Below the pieces are notes generated by a model. The model was not told the DNA's origin. It saw nothing but the letters and a program-made list of their open reading frames with translations, and ran no database searches. Positions 35,603-45,291 of a DNA stretch of 59,051 nucleotides are shown piece after piece. This DNA comes from an uncultured Planctomycetaceae bacterium. Its GTDB lineage: Bacteria > Planctomycetota > Planctomycetia > Pirellulales > UBA1268. The position numbers were made by a program, and so were the translations under genes. The stretch lies in assembly GCA_903951635.1 (NCBI GenBank), contig CAJBCV010000125.1, positions 1 through 59,051 on the forward strand. The letters are read 5' to 3'. Numbering within the stretch: the first letter of the stretch is position 1; every line of letters begins with the position of its first letter.

Positions 35603-36583
35603 ATGGCAGCCCCCATTCCGGCATCGACATCGTCCGGCATGGCCGCATCCCCACCGGCCATGGCGCGGCCCGGCGTCACCCGGCTGGGGTGGATCGGTAC
35701 CGGCGTGATGGGGCGGTCGATGGTCGGCCGCCTTCGTGATGCCGGCTTCGACATCCTCCTCACGACCCGTTCGCGATCGAAGGCCGAGCCGCTCCTCGAG
35801 CGTGGCTGCCGGTGGGCGGAGTCGCCTGCGGCCGTGGCGGCCGGGTCGGACATCGTGTTCGTGATGGTCGGGCATCCGTCCGACGTGCGCTCGGTGATCC
35901 TCGGGGCCGATGGTGTTCTCGTGGGGGCCGCCGCCGGAGCGATCCTCGTCGATCACACGACGAGTTCCCCGAGCTTGGCCGGCGAGATCGATGCGGCGGC
36001 TGCCGCGAAGGGCGTCTGGAGCCTCGACGCGCCGGTGTCGGGGGGCGACAAGGGGGCACGCGAGGGGACGCTGACGGTGATGATCGGGGGGGCCGATGCG
36101 CCGCGCGAGGCGCTCGCGGCCTGTTGGTCCGCCGTCGCCGGCAACGTCGTGGCGTGTGGCGCGGCCGGTGCCGGTCAGCGGACGAAGCTCGTCAACCAGA
36201 TCGCCATCGCCGGCGGCATGGTGGGGATGTGCGAGGCACTGCTCTTCGCTCATCGGGCAGGCCTCGATGTCGAGACGACGCTCCGCGCCATCTCCGGCGG
36301 GGCCGCCGGCTCGTGGTCGCTCACCAATCTCGCCCCGCGGATCATGCGCGGAGACTTCGCTCCCGGCTTCATGGTGGAGCACTTCGTCAAGGACATGCGG
36401 CTGGCGCTCGACGAGGGCCGGCGCCTCGATCTCCCGCTGCCGGGACTGGCGCTCGTAGAGTCGCTCTACACCGCGCTCCTCGCCCAGGGTCGGGGGCGTT
36501 TGGGAACCCAGAGCCTCGTGCTGGCACTGGCGCAGCTTGCAGACCATCCCTGGCCCACGCCGCCGGCCGCGCAGGTTTCCTGA
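35603..36583 (+). CDS. NAD(P)-dependent oxidoreductase, 3-hydroxyisobutyrate / 6-phosphogluconate dehydrogenase-like family
   Basis: GAGGAG lies 8 nt before ATG 35603. It has the Rossmann motif GWIGTGVMGRSM, plus DAPVSGG and the GAGQRTKLVNQ block. Confidence 0.8.
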   Translation: MAAPIPASTSSGMAASPPAMARPGVTRLGWIGTGVMGRSMVGRLRDAGFDILLTTRSRSKAEPLLERGCRWAESPAAVAAGSDIVFVMVGHPSDVRSVILGADGVLVGAAAGAILVDHTTSSPSLAGEIDAAAAAKGVWSLDAPVSGGDKGAREGTLTVMIGGADAPREALAACWSAVAGNVVACGAAGAGQRTKLVNQIAIAGGMVGMCEALLFAHRAGLDVETTLRAISGGAAGSWSLTNLAPRIMRGDFAPGFMVEHFVKDMRLALDEGRRLDLPLPGLALVESLYTALLAQGRGRLGTQSLVLALAQLADHPWPTPPAAQVS

Positions 36584-36753
36584 ACCTCCCCGCCGGGCCT
36601 CTTTCCACCCTTCGGAGGGGTGTTTGGGTGGGGCTGGCAGGGGGAGAAACGGGGCGATTTCGCGGCCCGGATGAAATCCTGAATCGCGACTTGAGCGACG
36701 CCTGCCGGTGGACTACAAGACCTGTGGTGGGCCGTGACCACGGCCTGCCCACA

Positions 36754-36790
36754 GCGCGTAGACGAGGTCGCCCAAGCCTCGTCTACGCGC
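36754..36790 (+). terminator. 14-bp perfect hairpin, terminator-like
   Basis: gcgcgtagacgagg - 9-nt loop - cctcgtctacgcgc, followed by ttgcgtttcgg. It lies 170 nt after the stop at 36583. Confidence 0.4.
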
Positions 36791-36946
36791 TTGCGTTTCG
36801 GCACGATTTCTGGCGGCTCTCCGCTCGGCAGGCGATGGATCGCCTGCGGGATTGCCCCGGTTTCACCGGCGGGTTTCCAGAGCATGGATGCTCACGCCAT
36901 GGCGATGCCAGCCAAGCCCGCTGCCCTGCCGTGCCATGGCGCGGCG

Positions 36947-38530
36947 ATGACGTCGCACGCCCTTCGCCCGTGGCCGACGTCGCAGCCAATGCTGGCGATC
37001 GTGATCGTGCCGATGACGCTAGCCGCGTGGCTGTTGGTCGCTGCGGCGGAAGTCGTGGCCCAGACCCCGAGCGAGTCTCCGAACGAGACCGCTGAGGTGT
37101 CGGTGCTGCGCGAAGCCGAGCCGGCGGATCAGCCGGTGCCGGCCGACGAAGGGCCTTTGCCGATGGCCGTCGAAGTCGGGGTGGAGCAGGCCTACCTCCG
37201 TGCTGGCCCCGGCGACGACTACTACCCCACCGAGCGCCTGGCGCTGGGGCGAGCGCTCGAGGTGTGGGCGATCGACTCGAGCGGATGGTGTGCGGTCCGT
37301 CCCGTGGCGGGCAGCTTCAGTTGGGTCCGCGCCGCCGATATCGATGACGAGGCCGCGCTCGAGCCCGCGGCCCGGTCTGCCGTCGGTGCGAGGGGCACGG
37401 AGATCGGTGTCGTCGTCGCCGATGGTGCCGTGGCCCGCGTCGGCTCGCAAATCAATGACCTCCGCCACGTCGCCCAGGTGCGCCTCGAAGCCGGGGAGCG
37501 GGTGCGCGTCCTCCAGCGCGTGCGCATCGACCGCGGCCGGCACGCCGGCTTGTGGGCACGGATCGAGCCCCCGTCGGGGGAGTTTCGTTGGGTGCGCTCC
37601 ACCGATCTGGCCGCGTCGCCGGCGCTCCGTCAGGCGGCTCTCGATGCCGGTGTGGCGCCGGCGGAGGGCCGCGGGGAGGATCGCCGCGCTGCGGAGGAGC
37701 CGATCGGCCCGCTCCGTGCGGCGGGGGAAGCGATCACGTTGACCGTCAATGAATCGCCGGCTCCGAGCGAGCCACCTGTTTCCATGCCACCGCCGCAGCC
37801 CCTCGGGGCGGTGCCGCAGGCGAAGCGGATGATGGCCGGATGGTTGCCGCGCGGTACCGGGGTTTTCGAGGCCCCTCCGCCGGTCGCGGTGGCTGCGCCC
37901 CCTGTCTCGACGGCCGACGAGTTGGCCGACATCGATCTTGCCCTCTCCGTCGCGGTGGCAGGTCCACCGGATACCTGGAATCTCCCCCAACTCCGCGAGC
38001 GGCTCCGGCTGGCGGCGACACGGTCGAACTCCAATCCCGATCGGCTTCGGGCCGACGCGATCGACGCCCGAATCGCCCGCTTCGAAGCGATCCAGGCCAA
38101 GCAGCAATCGCTCGCCGCCGGACCGCCGGGCGACCCGTCGCCGCTCCGTCTGGGGAGCATGTGGTCGAGTCTCGGTGGGGTCGGATCGCGCCCCATCCGC
38201 CCCGGAGTTCTCCCCGGCGGCGGTTCAGCCGATGGCCGTCCCGGTTGGACTCCGCCGGATGCAACCGAGACCACCGGCCGGCTGGCGACGGTCGTTTCGC
38301 GCCGTCCCGACGCCCCACGCTGGGCGCTGGTCGACGGGAGCAATAACGTCCTCGTCTTCGTCAACCCGCAGCCGGGCGTGAATCTCGCGCCGCTGGTGGG
38401 GCAGCAGATCTCGGTCCGCGGGGCCCGCGGCTACATGCCGGAATACAAGCGGCCGTATCTGGTCGCCACCGAGGCCCGCCCGCGGGTGGCCCAGACGGCG
38501 CCTCCCCCGCGCGCCGATCTGACGCGCTGA
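36947..38530 (+). CDS. secreted protein with two bacterial SH3-like domains (hypothetical)
   Basis: The track ORF is 36734..38530. The upstream part contains the hairpin, so I prefer ATG 36947 (or 36989), which gives MLAIVIVPMTLAAWLLVAAAEVVAQ as a signal. SH3b-like stretches are AYLRAGPGDDYYPTERLALGRALEVWAIDSSGWCAVRP and ARVGSQ...RLEAGERVRVLQ...GLWARIEPPSGEFRWVR. Confidence 0.6.
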   Translation: MTSHALRPWPTSQPMLAIVIVPMTLAAWLLVAAAEVVAQTPSESPNETAEVSVLREAEPADQPVPADEGPLPMAVEVGVEQAYLRAGPGDDYYPTERLALGRALEVWAIDSSGWCAVRPVAGSFSWVRAADIDDEAALEPAARSAVGARGTEIGVVVADGAVARVGSQINDLRHVAQVRLEAGERVRVLQRVRIDRGRHAGLWARIEPPSGEFRWVRSTDLAASPALRQAALDAGVAPAEGRGEDRRAAEEPIGPLRAAGEAITLTVNESPAPSEPPVSMPPPQPLGAVPQAKRMMAGWLPRGTGVFEAPPPVAVAAPPVSTADELADIDLALSVAVAGPPDTWNLPQLRERLRLAATRSNSNPDRLRADAIDARIARFEAIQAKQQSLAAGPPGDPSPLRLGSMWSSLGGVGSRPIRPGVLPGGGSADGRPGWTPPDATETTGRLATVVSRRPDAPRWALVDGSNNVLVFVNPQPGVNLAPLVGQQISVRGARGYMPEYKRPYLVATEARPRVAQTAPPPRADLTR

Positions 38531-38551
38531 ATGTCCGTTGATTCCCGTCGG

Positions 38552-38587
38552 CCACGGCCGGGAAGCCCCCCGGTATCCCGGCCGTGG
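38552..38587. terminator. 12-bp perfect hairpin between convergent genes
   Basis: ccacggccggga - 12-nt loop - tcccggccgtgg, between the stops at 38530 (+) and 38621 (-). Confidence 0.35.
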
Positions 38588-38620
38588 CGACGACGAGTGC
38601 AGAAGCGCCGGCGGACGGCG

Positions 38621-39553
38621 TCAGCGGATCTGTTCCCCTTCGAGCTGCCGGGCCGGCAGCCAGCGGGAGGCGAGCTTGGCCGGAAGCTTCTCGGCGGCGA
38701 TCGGGTCGAGGCCGATGCCGCCACCGTTCCCGGCGTCGCGGGCCAGGGCAGCGAAGGTTTGGCGATCGGCCGGCGGAATCTTCGACATCCTCCCTGCCAA
38801 CCGAGCCACCCCTTCGGGATTCTCGGCGGCGGCCGACGACAGCGACGCCATGAACTGGCAGATCTCGTGGAGGTTTGACGCGCTCGAGCGGACGATCAGC
38901 GGCTGGAGCGTGCGGGTGACGATCTCGAGTCCTACGCCATCGGCATCGAGGAAGGCATCGACCTGCATCGCGTGCCGGGCGGTGCCGTCGGCGGCGGAAC
39001 CCGTGGGACGGTAGCGCACGAGCAAGAGGCACGACCCCGACAACGGCTGCGGCGAGAGGGGCCCGGTGTAGCCCCCCTGGCCGAGGAGCACCATCGTGCC
39101 TCCTTCGGCGGTGCGGTCATGATGGAGGAGGCGGAGCGTTCCCTCCGTGCCCCAGCCGTCGCTCATCCGCCACTGACCCGGAGCGGTGGGATCGAGCGCG
39201 ACCTTGCTGATCCCCAGCACCCGCCAGATGTCGACGACGATCTCCGGATGGGTCAGGGAGAAGTCGAGGAGGGCGCGGTCGCAGGTGAACGACTCGACGG
39301 GGAGTCGGCGGTAGAGCGTCGGGTTGCGGAGGATCTTCTCCGCCACCCGCCGATCGGCCTCCGCCATCCGGTCCAGAGGCATCGCCTTGCCGGCCGACTT
39401 GCGGGCTTCGCGGCCCGACGAGCCGCCGTCGCCGAGCATCGTGCCCAGCGACGAAGCGCCGGCCACCGGTTCAACCGCCGGGACAGTACCGACCGCCCCC
39501 CAGGCTGCCAGCAGCCCCATGGCCGCAGACAGACCCCACATTCGCGCACGCAT
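38621..39553 (-). CDS. hypothetical secreted protein
   Basis: The track ORF is 38621..39649. ATG 39553 has GGGGGGAA 7 nt upstream and gives MRARMWGLSAAMGLLAAWGAVGTVPA as a signal. I recognise no family. Confidence 0.6.
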   Translation of the reverse strand: MRARMWGLSAAMGLLAAWGAVGTVPAVEPVAGASSLGTMLGDGGSSGREARKSAGKAMPLDRMAEADRRVAEKILRNPTLYRRLPVESFTCDRALLDFSLTHPEIVVDIWRVLGISKVALDPTAPGQWRMSDGWGTEGTLRLLHHDRTAEGGTMVLLGQGGYTGPLSPQPLSGSCLLLVRYRPTGSAADGTARHAMQVDAFLDADGVGLEIVTRTLQPLIVRSSASNLHEICQFMASLSSAAAENPEGVARLAGRMSKIPPADRQTFAALARDAGNGGGIGLDPIAAEKLPAKLASRWLPARQLEGEQIR

Positions 39554-39803
39554 GAAACATTTCCCCCCGGAAACTTCCTGCCGGTGACCCGCCCCGGCCA
39601 CCACTGCAGAGAGAGTTTTCGGCCTGGGAAGCCGGTGCGGCTGAGTCATTCCCCTTTCAATCAGGAGAGTCTCGCCATCCCCCCTGGCTTGCCAGATTCG
39701 TCGTGAATCGTGGGTTGGCCCTGCTGTGCAGAGTCCCTACCATCGCCCGCCCCCGGAGCCCTCGGACGGCCTCGGAACCTCGCCAGGGAAGGTGAACCAC
39801 CGC

Positions 39804-42626
39804 ATGCGCCAGGACGATCCCATCGATCGCGCTTCGGCTCCTGCCACCGCCGCGTCCCCGGCCCACCCCGGGCCGATCGGGCGGGTCCTCGTCGCCTGGA
39901 CGGAGCTTTGCCTCCGCGCCGGATGGACGATCGTCGCGGTCGCCGTCGTCACGGCGGTGCTCTCCGGGGTCTGGACGGCGCGGTGCCTGGGGTACAAGGT
40001 CAACCGCACCGATCTCCTCGACCCACGCAGCGACTACAACAAGCTGTGGGTCGATTACGTCGCCGAGTTCGGCGAGGACGACGATGCTGTCGTCGTCGTC
40101 GAGGCGCCGACCCGCGCCGAGACGATCCGTGTCCTCGAGGAGGTGTCGAAGGCCGTGGCGAGCGACGAGCGGCTCTTCAGCTCCGTCTTCCACGCCGTCG
40201 ATCTCTCCCGCATCCGCGCCAAGGGCCTCCACTACCTCTCCCCCGACGAGCTCGAGCAGATCGATCACTTCCTCGAGGAGTCGCACCCGATCCTCGATGG
40301 CGGCTGGGCAAGTCTGAAGGTTGGCTCGATGATCGGCGGGCTCGCCAGCCAGATGGTGCTCGGGCCACCGCGCAACGCCCCGCCGCCACGCGAACTCCCC
40401 GTGGCCACGCTCGAGCGCTACGCCGAGAGCCTCGTCGCGGGGCTCGAGCCTGCCGCGCGGACGGCGTCCGCTGGGCCGGAGGACTTCGTCTCCCCCTGGC
40501 CCGGCATGCCCGCGTCGCTCTCCACGCTCCGCGATCTCTCCAGCGATCAACTCCTCGCCAAGGAGGGGCGGATGGGATTCGTCCTCCTCCGCCTCGCCAA
40601 GTCGAACGGGGGATTTGCCGGGGCGTCGGAGGCCACCGACGAACTCCGCCGGCTGATCCGCGAGGTTGCGGATCGCCATCCCGCCGTGTCGATCGGCCTC
40701 ACCGGGCTGCCGGTGATGGAGGACGACGAGATGCGGGCAAGCGCGCAGTCGATGGTTTGGGCGAGCGGGCTCTCGATGGCCGCCGTGGTGATCGTGATCA
40801 TCGCCGGCTTCGGCGGCATCCGGCACGCGCTGATGGCCAACGGCGTGCTCGTCATCGGGATGGCGTGGGCCTTCGCCTGGGCCACCGCCACCGTCGGCCA
40901 CCTCAACATCCTCAGTGTCACCTTCACCGTGACGATGATCGGCGTCGGCATCGATTACGGCACCTACTACGTGGGCCGCTACCTCGAGGCCCGTCGCCGA
41001 GGGCTCGAGTGTGACGCGGCGCTCTTGGAGACGAGCGGCGCGGTCGGGCCGGGAATCCTCACCGGCGCCATCACGACGTCGGTGGCGTTCTTCTGCGCGG
41101 CCCTGACGAGCTTCGTCGGGGTCGCCGAACTGGGGCTGATCGCCGGGGGAGGGATCCTCCTCTGCGCGGCGGCCGAATTGCTCGTCCTCCCTGCGGTCAT
41201 CGCGTTGGTCGATCGCGGCCCGCTCGGCCGTCGCATTCCCGAGCCGGTGCCGGTGCACACCTGGCTCGAGCCGGTGGTGCGCCATCCCCGCTTCGTCTCC
41301 CTGGCCGGCCTTGCGGCGACCCTGGCGATCGTCTCGGGGCTCCATGATCTCCGCTACGACCACAACCTCCTCAACATGCAGCCAGAGGGGCTCGAGAGCG
41401 TGGAGGTGGAGAAGAAGCTCCTCGCTGAATGCGATCAGAGCGTCTGGTATGCCCTCTCGATGGCCGATACGCGCGAAGAGCTCCTCGCCCGGAAGCAGCA
41501 AATGCTCCTCCTGCCGACGGTCGAACGGGTCGACGAGATCGCGTCGCTCGTGCCGACCGACGAGGAGCGGAAGCGACCGATCATCGAGCGGATCCGGGCC
41601 CGTCTGGCGTCGCTTCCGGAGCGGCCACCGGAGATCCCCGTCGATCGGCTCGATGCCCTCGGGGAGACGCTCGCCTGGGCCCAGACGGAAGCCTCGAAGC
41701 GGCCCGGAGCGTTGCGGACGGCCTGGCATCTCGAACGCGTCCGTGATTCGCTCCGGCAGATGGGGCCGGCCGACTGTTATCAGGCCCTTGCCACCTTCCA
41801 GCAACGTTCCGCCGGCGATCTCGTCGGCCGGCTCCACGCCCTCGCCGCGGTCTCCGATCCCGATCCCCCGGCGCTCGAGGATCTCCCCCCGAGCCTCGTC
41901 GAGCGGTTCGTCGGGTCGAGCGGCAAGCATCTCCTCAAGATCTACGGGCGGGGCGATATTTGGAATTTCGAGTCGCTCGAGCGCTTCGTGACCGATGTCC
42001 GCGGTGTCGATCCGCGGGCCACCGGCAATCCTCTCCAGGCCTACGAAGCGTCGCTGGAGATGAAGCGGAGCTACGAGCAGGCGGCGTTCTCCGCGCTTCT
42101 GGTGATCCTCGTGGTGTTGTGGTTCGACTTCCGCTCGTTCCGCCATGCCCTTCTCGCCTCGCTCCCGCTGGCGATGGGGATGGGGCAGACGTTCGGTCTG
42201 ATGGGCTTCCTCGGCATCGACCTCAATCCCGCCAACCTCATCGGCATCCCGCTCGTGCTGGGGATTGCCGTCGACTACGGCGTCCACATCGTCCATGACT
42301 CGCTCGAGCGTCCCGGTCCCTACCGGATCAGCCCGTCGACGGCCAACTCCGTCCTCGTCGACGCGCTGACGACGATCCTCGGTTTCGGCGCGCTGATGGT
42401 GGCCAGCCACCGGGGGCTGGAGAGCCTCGGCCGGCTCCTCACGCTCGGTGTCACGACCTGCACGGTGACGTCGCTCGTCTTCCTGCCCGCGGTGCTTCGT
42501 CTGCTCCACCGCGAACCGCCGGCGGATGCCGACGGAGGCGAGGACGGGGCAGAGGAGGAAAGCGGCGTCGATGAGGTGATCGCGGTCGACTTCGGCGCCG
42601 CGGCCGACCGTCGGGCCGCGGCCTGA
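39804..42626 (+). CDS. MMPL/RND-superfamily membrane transporter (HpnN-like architecture)
   Basis: There are two repeats of TM1, a large periplasmic loop and a 5-TM bundle. It contains GLTGLPVMEDDEM...GFGGIRHAL...LSVTFTVTMIGVGIDYGTYY and a second LGIAVDYGVHIV block. The track start is GTG 39726. ATG 39804 has a GGGAAGG upstream. Confidence 0.8.
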   Translation: MRQDDPIDRASAPATAASPAHPGPIGRVLVAWTELCLRAGWTIVAVAVVTAVLSGVWTARCLGYKVNRTDLLDPRSDYNKLWVDYVAEFGEDDDAVVVVEAPTRAETIRVLEEVSKAVASDERLFSSVFHAVDLSRIRAKGLHYLSPDELEQIDHFLEESHPILDGGWASLKVGSMIGGLASQMVLGPPRNAPPPRELPVATLERYAESLVAGLEPAARTASAGPEDFVSPWPGMPASLSTLRDLSSDQLLAKEGRMGFVLLRLAKSNGGFAGASEATDELRRLIREVADRHPAVSIGLTGLPVMEDDEMRASAQSMVWASGLSMAAVVIVIIAGFGGIRHALMANGVLVIGMAWAFAWATATVGHLNILSVTFTVTMIGVGIDYGTYYVGRYLEARRRGLECDAALLETSGAVGPGILTGAITTSVAFFCAALTSFVGVAELGLIAGGGILLCAAAELLVLPAVIALVDRGPLGRRIPEPVPVHTWLEPVVRHPRFVSLAGLAATLAIVSGLHDLRYDHNLLNMQPEGLESVEVEKKLLAECDQSVWYALSMADTREELLARKQQMLLLPTVERVDEIASLVPTDEERKRPIIERIRARLASLPERPPEIPVDRLDALGETLAWAQTEASKRPGALRTAWHLERVRDSLRQMGPADCYQALATFQQRSAGDLVGRLHALAAVSDPDPPALEDLPPSLVERFVGSSGKHLLKIYGRGDIWNFESLERFVTDVRGVDPRATGNPLQAYEASLEMKRSYEQAAFSALLVILVVLWFDFRSFRHALLASLPLAMGMGQTFGLMGFLGIDLNPANLIGIPLVLGIAVDYGVHIVHDSLERPGPYRISPSTANSVLVDALTTILGFGALMVASHRGLESLGRLLTLGVTTCTVTSLVFLPAVLRLLHREPPADADGGEDGAEEESGVDEVIAVDFGAAADRRAAA

Positions 42627-42716
42627 TCCCCGCGTCTGGGAACCGACCTTGTGTCGGCTTGCACGAGCCTGCTATCCCCCTCTCCCTCCCGCCCCCAATC
42701 CCCCTTCCGGTGCCCC

Positions 42717-43445
42717 ATGACGCTGCCGCGCCACCCTGTCGCTCTCCCCTGTCTGCTCGGGTTGGTGTTTCTGGGAACGCCGATGGTCCACGCCCAGACC
42801 CCGGCGCCGCGGGCCCCCGCGGCGCCTGCCCCGGTGACGGCCGGCCCGGCCCGCGCCATTCCCCAAGCCGCGGCTCCCGCCGCGCCGGCGGTGAACCTCG
42901 TCATGGAGGATCAAAACCGCCAGTCCCACGACACCGCCGCCCTGAAGGGTGACGTGATCGTCCTCCTCTATGCCGATCGCAACGGCGCCGAAGCGGCCCA
43001 CGAGATCGGCCAGCGGCTCCATGTCCACTTCCACCCCAACGCCGCCAAGGTGGAGGGGCCGGATTGGGTGCGTCAGCCGGTGACAACCATCCCCGGCTGG
43101 CCGGCCGGGGCCCGCACGCCCAACGTCCACTCCGTCGCCGTCGCCTGCCTCCCTGAGATCCCCAAGGCGGTGCATCCGGTGGTCCGGTCGCAGATCCGCA
43201 AAGAGTCGCCGCACGTGCCGGTGTGGCTCGACTTCAAGGGAACGATGCCCAAGACCTTCGGGATGGCCCCCGACGTGCCCAACATCCTCGTCATCGACAC
43301 CTTCGGTCGCCCCCAGGGGGTGCTGTCGGGGGAGCTCGACGAGACGAAGTACCAGCAACTCGTCGCGGCCATCGATCGCCTCCGGCTGCAGGCCCAGCCG
43401 GTGCGGACCGCATCGGCGACCGAAGCGGTGCCGGCCGCCCGCTGA
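42717..43445 (+). CDS. hypothetical secreted protein
   Basis: ATG 42717 gives MTLPRHPVALPCLLGLVFLGTPMVHAQ as a signal, followed by a Pro/Ala-rich linker. I recognise no catalytic motif. Confidence 0.55.
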   Translation: MTLPRHPVALPCLLGLVFLGTPMVHAQTPAPRAPAAPAPVTAGPARAIPQAAAPAAPAVNLVMEDQNRQSHDTAALKGDVIVLLYADRNGAEAAHEIGQRLHVHFHPNAAKVEGPDWVRQPVTTIPGWPAGARTPNVHSVAVACLPEIPKAVHPVVRSQIRKESPHVPVWLDFKGTMPKTFGMAPDVPNILVIDTFGRPQGVLSGELDETKYQQLVAAIDRLRLQAQPVRTASATEAVPAAR

Positions 43446-43503
43446 CACCCCCGCGCGAGCAAGGCTTCACCGGTCTCGAAGTTCAGACCGCGAGGACTTG
43501 GCT

Positions 43504-45291
43504 TCAAGGTCCCGGTGGTGAGCCCGGCGCGGCGACGGCTTGGCCGTTCCCCTCGGTGAGTTCCGTGAGCCGGTCGATCGGAACGTCGGTGAAGGTTTCG
43601 GTGCCGCCGCCGATCCAGCGGATCTCGATCCGGTCAATGGCCGGATGGCCACCGAGGCCGAAGTGGAGCCGGGTGCCGAAATGCCCCTGGTAGCCGCGGC
43701 CGGCGTGGACCTCGTCGACGAATGTCTCGTCTCCGGCGTGGAGGATGACCTTCGCCCCCACCCCGTCACGGTTCCCCTGCCGGCCGCGCACGCGCACCTG
43801 GCACCAGTGGTTCGAGCCGCCGCGCTCCCGGTCGAGATTCCGCAGGAGCGTGGGGGCCTCGCGCGAGTTGAGGATCACCACATCGAGGTCGCCGTCGTCG
43901 TCGAGGTCATCGCAGGCGACGCCGCGGGCCGCGTGGCGCGGGATGTCGTGGAGGCCGGCGGCGGCCGAGGCGTCGACGAATCTCCCGCCGACGTTGCGGA
44001 GGAGGAGGTTGTGGTTGCGGTAGGCGGTGGTGTCGTCGAAGGCCTCGACGTTGTCGTTGAGGTGGCCGCAGGCGAGGAACAGGTCACGGCGGCCGTCATT
44101 GTCGAAGTCGGCCATCGCCGTCCCCCAGGTGACGAATTGCCACGCCCCGCTGCCGGCGGCGGTGGCGGCGGTGGCGTCCTCGAACTGCCCCCGACCGAGG
44201 TTGCGGAAGAGGACGGGGAGATCGGGCTGGAAGTCGGTGACGAACAGGTCGATCCTCCCGTCCCCGTCGGCGTCGCCCGCTTCGGTCCCCATGCTGCCGA
44301 TCTCGGCGCCGAACCGGTTCACCGCCACACCGGCCGAAAGCGCTGTCTCGCGGAAGCTGCCCCGGCCATCGTTCTCGAAGAGGAAGTTTCCCTCGAGGGC
44401 GTCGTTACCGACGTAGATGTCGGTGTCGCCATCGTCGTCGTGATCGAGACAGACGACCCCCATTCCCGGGCCAGCCACCGCGGTGATCCCCGCCTCGACG
44501 CTCGCCTCGACGAAGCGGCCATCGCCTGCATTGCGGAAGAAGGTGTCGGGCCAGGGGGGGTAGTCGCGCGGGCCGGCGTAGGCTGGAAAGCCCTTGAACG
44601 ACCGGGGGCGGTGGTTCTCGAGCGTGAAGCGGACGTAGTTGGCGGCGTACAGATCGAGGTCGCCATCGCCGTCGGCATCGAGGAAGGTGGCCCCCGCGCC
44701 GACCTTCTCCCCATCGGCCACGCCGGCGCTCTCCGTGGCATCGACGAACGTGCCATCGCCGAGGTTGCGGAACAGGCGCTTGGCTCCGAACGTGGTGAGG
44801 AAGAGATCGGCAAAGCCGTCCTCATCGACGTCCCCGGCGACGACGCCGAGGCCGTAGTCGCGGCAGTCGATGCCGGCGGCGAGGCTTACGTCGCGAAACA
44901 CCCCCGCGCCGAGATTCCGGCACAGGGCATGCCGGGGGGGCGACTCGGCGTCGCCGGGCTCGGCTCCCGGAAGGAGTGCCCCGTTTGGAAAATAGAGATC
45001 GATCCGGCCATCGCCGTCGTAGTCGAACGTGGCGACGCCGGCCGACAGCGGCTCGACGAGATACCGCCGACCGCTGCTCCCGTCGGTGTGGATGAAGCCG
45101 ATTCCAGAGGCTTCCGTGGCGTCGACAAACCGGATCGGCGCGGCGGCGGAGGTCGCCCGCGGCGGCGTTCCCGGTGGTCTCGGCTGACCGCAGCCGAGGA
45201 CCAGGACCAAGACCAGGACCAGCACGAGGACGATGACGCCAAAGCTCAAGGCGAGGCGATGCGGGGAAGAAAGAACCATGTCAGCGGCCAT
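43504..45291 (-). CDS. CRTAC1-family lipoprotein (FG-GAP/VCBS repeats + ASPIC/UnbV C-terminal domain)
   Basis: Lipobox LVLGCGQ. Repeated D.D.DG..D[LI][FY] FG-GAP-like calcium loops with FRN.G.G.F. The C-terminus is NRDGVGAKVILHAG...VHAGRGYQGHFGTRLHFGLG...IEIRW. Confidence 0.8.
   Translation of the reverse strand: MAADMVLSSPHRLALSFGVIVLVLVLVLVLVLGCGQPRPPGTPPRATSAAAPIRFVDATEASGIGFIHTDGSSGRRYLVEPLSAGVATFDYDGDGRIDLYFPNGALLPGAEPGDAESPPRHALCRNLGAGVFRDVSLAAGIDCRDYGLGVVAGDVDEDGFADLFLTTFGAKRLFRNLGDGTFVDATESAGVADGEKVGAGATFLDADGDGDLDLYAANYVRFTLENHRPRSFKGFPAYAGPRDYPPWPDTFFRNAGDGRFVEASVEAGITAVAGPGMGVVCLDHDDDGDTDIYVGNDALEGNFLFENDGRGSFRETALSAGVAVNRFGAEIGSMGTEAGDADGDGRIDLFVTDFQPDLPVLFRNLGRGQFEDATAATAAGSGAWQFVTWGTAMADFDNDGRRDLFLACGHLNDNVEAFDDTTAYRNHNLLLRNVGGRFVDASAAAGLHDIPRHAARGVACDDLDDDGDLDVVILNSREAPTLLRNLDRERGGSNHWCQVRVRGRQGNRDGVGAKVILHAGDETFVDEVHAGRGYQGHFGTRLHFGLGGHPAIDRIEIRWIGGGTETFTDVPIDRLTELTEGNGQAVAAPGSPPGP
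45196..45237. repeat. hexanucleotide (GACCAR-like) microsatellite encoding the (LV)n core of the CRTAC1 signal peptide
   Basis: gag gac cag gac caa gac cag gac cag cac gag gac gat gac encodes VIVLVLVLVLVLVL on the minus strand. Confidence 0.7.
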
